Virus record (IMG/VR): IMGVR_UViG_3300031414_000007
Span: 146,532 to 210,531 of that record
Reading direction: 5' to 3' (one strand)
From: a virus
Taxonomy: Duplodnaviria; Caudoviricetes
DNA: 64,000 nucleotides
Numbering within the stretch: position 1 is the stretch's first letter; every line of letters starts with the position of its first letter. The translations under genes and the position numbers were made by a program. A model generated the notes under the pieces. It was not told the DNA's origin. It saw only the letters and a list, made by a program, of their open reading frames with translations, and did no database searches. Below, piece after piece: positions 63,218 through 64,000 of this stretch.

Positions 63218-63919
63218 ATGAAAAAGATTCAGACTAACATTTTACCCACCGAAGCCCTGCACGGACTAATCCACGGGTACGCGCGTCACGCCAAACAGCC
63301 TGACGCTGCGAACAAGACGTTGTTCTATGTTGACGTCACTGAACGCAGTGCTAACGATGCACTGTACTCTATTCTTCGCCGCGATATTCCTTCAAACATC
63401 ATCGGTACTGCCTACGATTGTCTTGTTGGTTTCCGTGGACATACAGCTCCTGCTCAACTTCCCATCGTGCTGTCGGAGAGTTTATATCACATAGGTTTGG
63501 ATAGACTCGCTAGTTCCCTGGCTGGAATTTTTGACGCTCTCGGCCGTACCGTGCATACTAACGACACGCAGATCACTATTTACGGTGAACCTGCAATTGA
63601 GAAACTTCTGTCTATTGTTCGAGATACGCAGTTTAAGAGTTTCTTGGAAGTGTGCAACCCTGAACTTGCTTGTGGTGACTTCGACCTACAGTCCAATATC
63701 ACTGTAGACAACTTTGTGTCTATGGCAATCGACCCGGACTTTGAAAAGCGTATTCCTGATAGCCCCGGGACCACCTATACATTTGGTCGTGACTTCATGT
63801 TTATGCACTATGAAGACCTGCATAAAGTTATTCAGATGCTGCGTAAATATAAAAAGAATTGCACCCTGCATCCTGATTTGATGCGCTACTATTTCATGAA
63901 CGTAATCTGTAAATACTGA
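63218..63919 (+). CDS. Hypothetical protein
   Basis: 233 aa, AGGAG RBS. Confidence 0.65.
   Translation: MKKIQTNILPTEALHGLIHGYARHAKQPDAANKTLFYVDVTERSANDALYSILRRDIPSNIIGTAYDCLVGFRGHTAPAQLPIVLSESLYHIGLDRLASSLAGIFDALGRTVHTNDTQITIYGEPAIEKLLSIVRDTQFKSFLEVCNPELACGDFDLQSNITVDNFVSMAIDPDFEKRIPDSPGTTYTFGRDFMFMHYEDLHKVIQMLRKYKKNCTLHPDLMRYYFMNVICKY
63907..63915 (+). promoter_or_regulatory. CTGTAAATA box at the end of the last gene
   Basis: Exact motif followed by hairpins and a terminator. Confidence 0.5.
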
Positions 63920-63967
63920 TCAACAACCGAACACAATTGCTGTGTGTAGTCTCGCCCGACTTGGGCA

Positions 63968-64000
63968 GGGGAGAGCCGGATGGCCTCCCCATTTTTTTTT
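63968..64000 (+). terminator. Intrinsic terminator
   Basis: GGGGAG..GCC-GGAT-GGC.CTCCCC followed by a T9 run. Confidence 0.7.

Noticed and set aside
1-64000. Alternative genetic code or stop-codon reassignment
   Set aside because: Conserved enzymes are full length under the standard code, and TAA, TAG and TGA all end genes with tight coupling.
1-64000. Prophage or host chromosome origin
   Set aside because: No integrase, repressor, att-like junction or cellular housekeeping genes; uniform phage-type organisation throughout.

Overview
This window is part of a lytic jumbo-phage genome (about 48-50% GC, dense coding, no host housekeeping genes, no integrase, tRNA or CRISPR array seen). Its gene content suggests a relative of the 'hairy' enterobacterial jumbo myoviruses such as Erwinia Y3 or Dickeya JA11; that is an inference, not a database result. 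Genes run almost all on the minus strand up to about 45.2 kb and mostly on the plus strand after it. The replication/recombination set comprises a family A DNA polymerase with an N-terminal UDG-like domain, a beta-clamp, a DnaX-like loader, primase, a gp32-like SSB, intein-containing RecA, a UvsW-like helicase, SbcCD, RuvC and a Cas4-like nuclease. These genes are interleaved with virion/late genes, a GH108 endolysin, a sigma70-like factor lacking region 4, and an Acb1-like anti-CBASS enzyme. Best leads: (1) a shared N-terminal tag M-x-I-x-[VI]-S-L-S on eight otherwise unrelated proteins, plus related S-x-S-A motifs, which looks like a capsid-targeting/maturation code for injected cargo (cargo includes an ART-like protein and acidic proteins); (2) a second, minimal PolA-fold protein next to a 390-bp non-coding locus with eleven A/T tracts phased at about 10.4 bp (candidate initiator plus origin); (3) a roughly 380-nt highly structured non-coding RNA candidate behind a late-type promoter; (4) two single-box promoter classes, CTGTAAATA before replication genes and CTAATTT before virion genes. 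Functional calls come from motifs read by eye, with no searches run.
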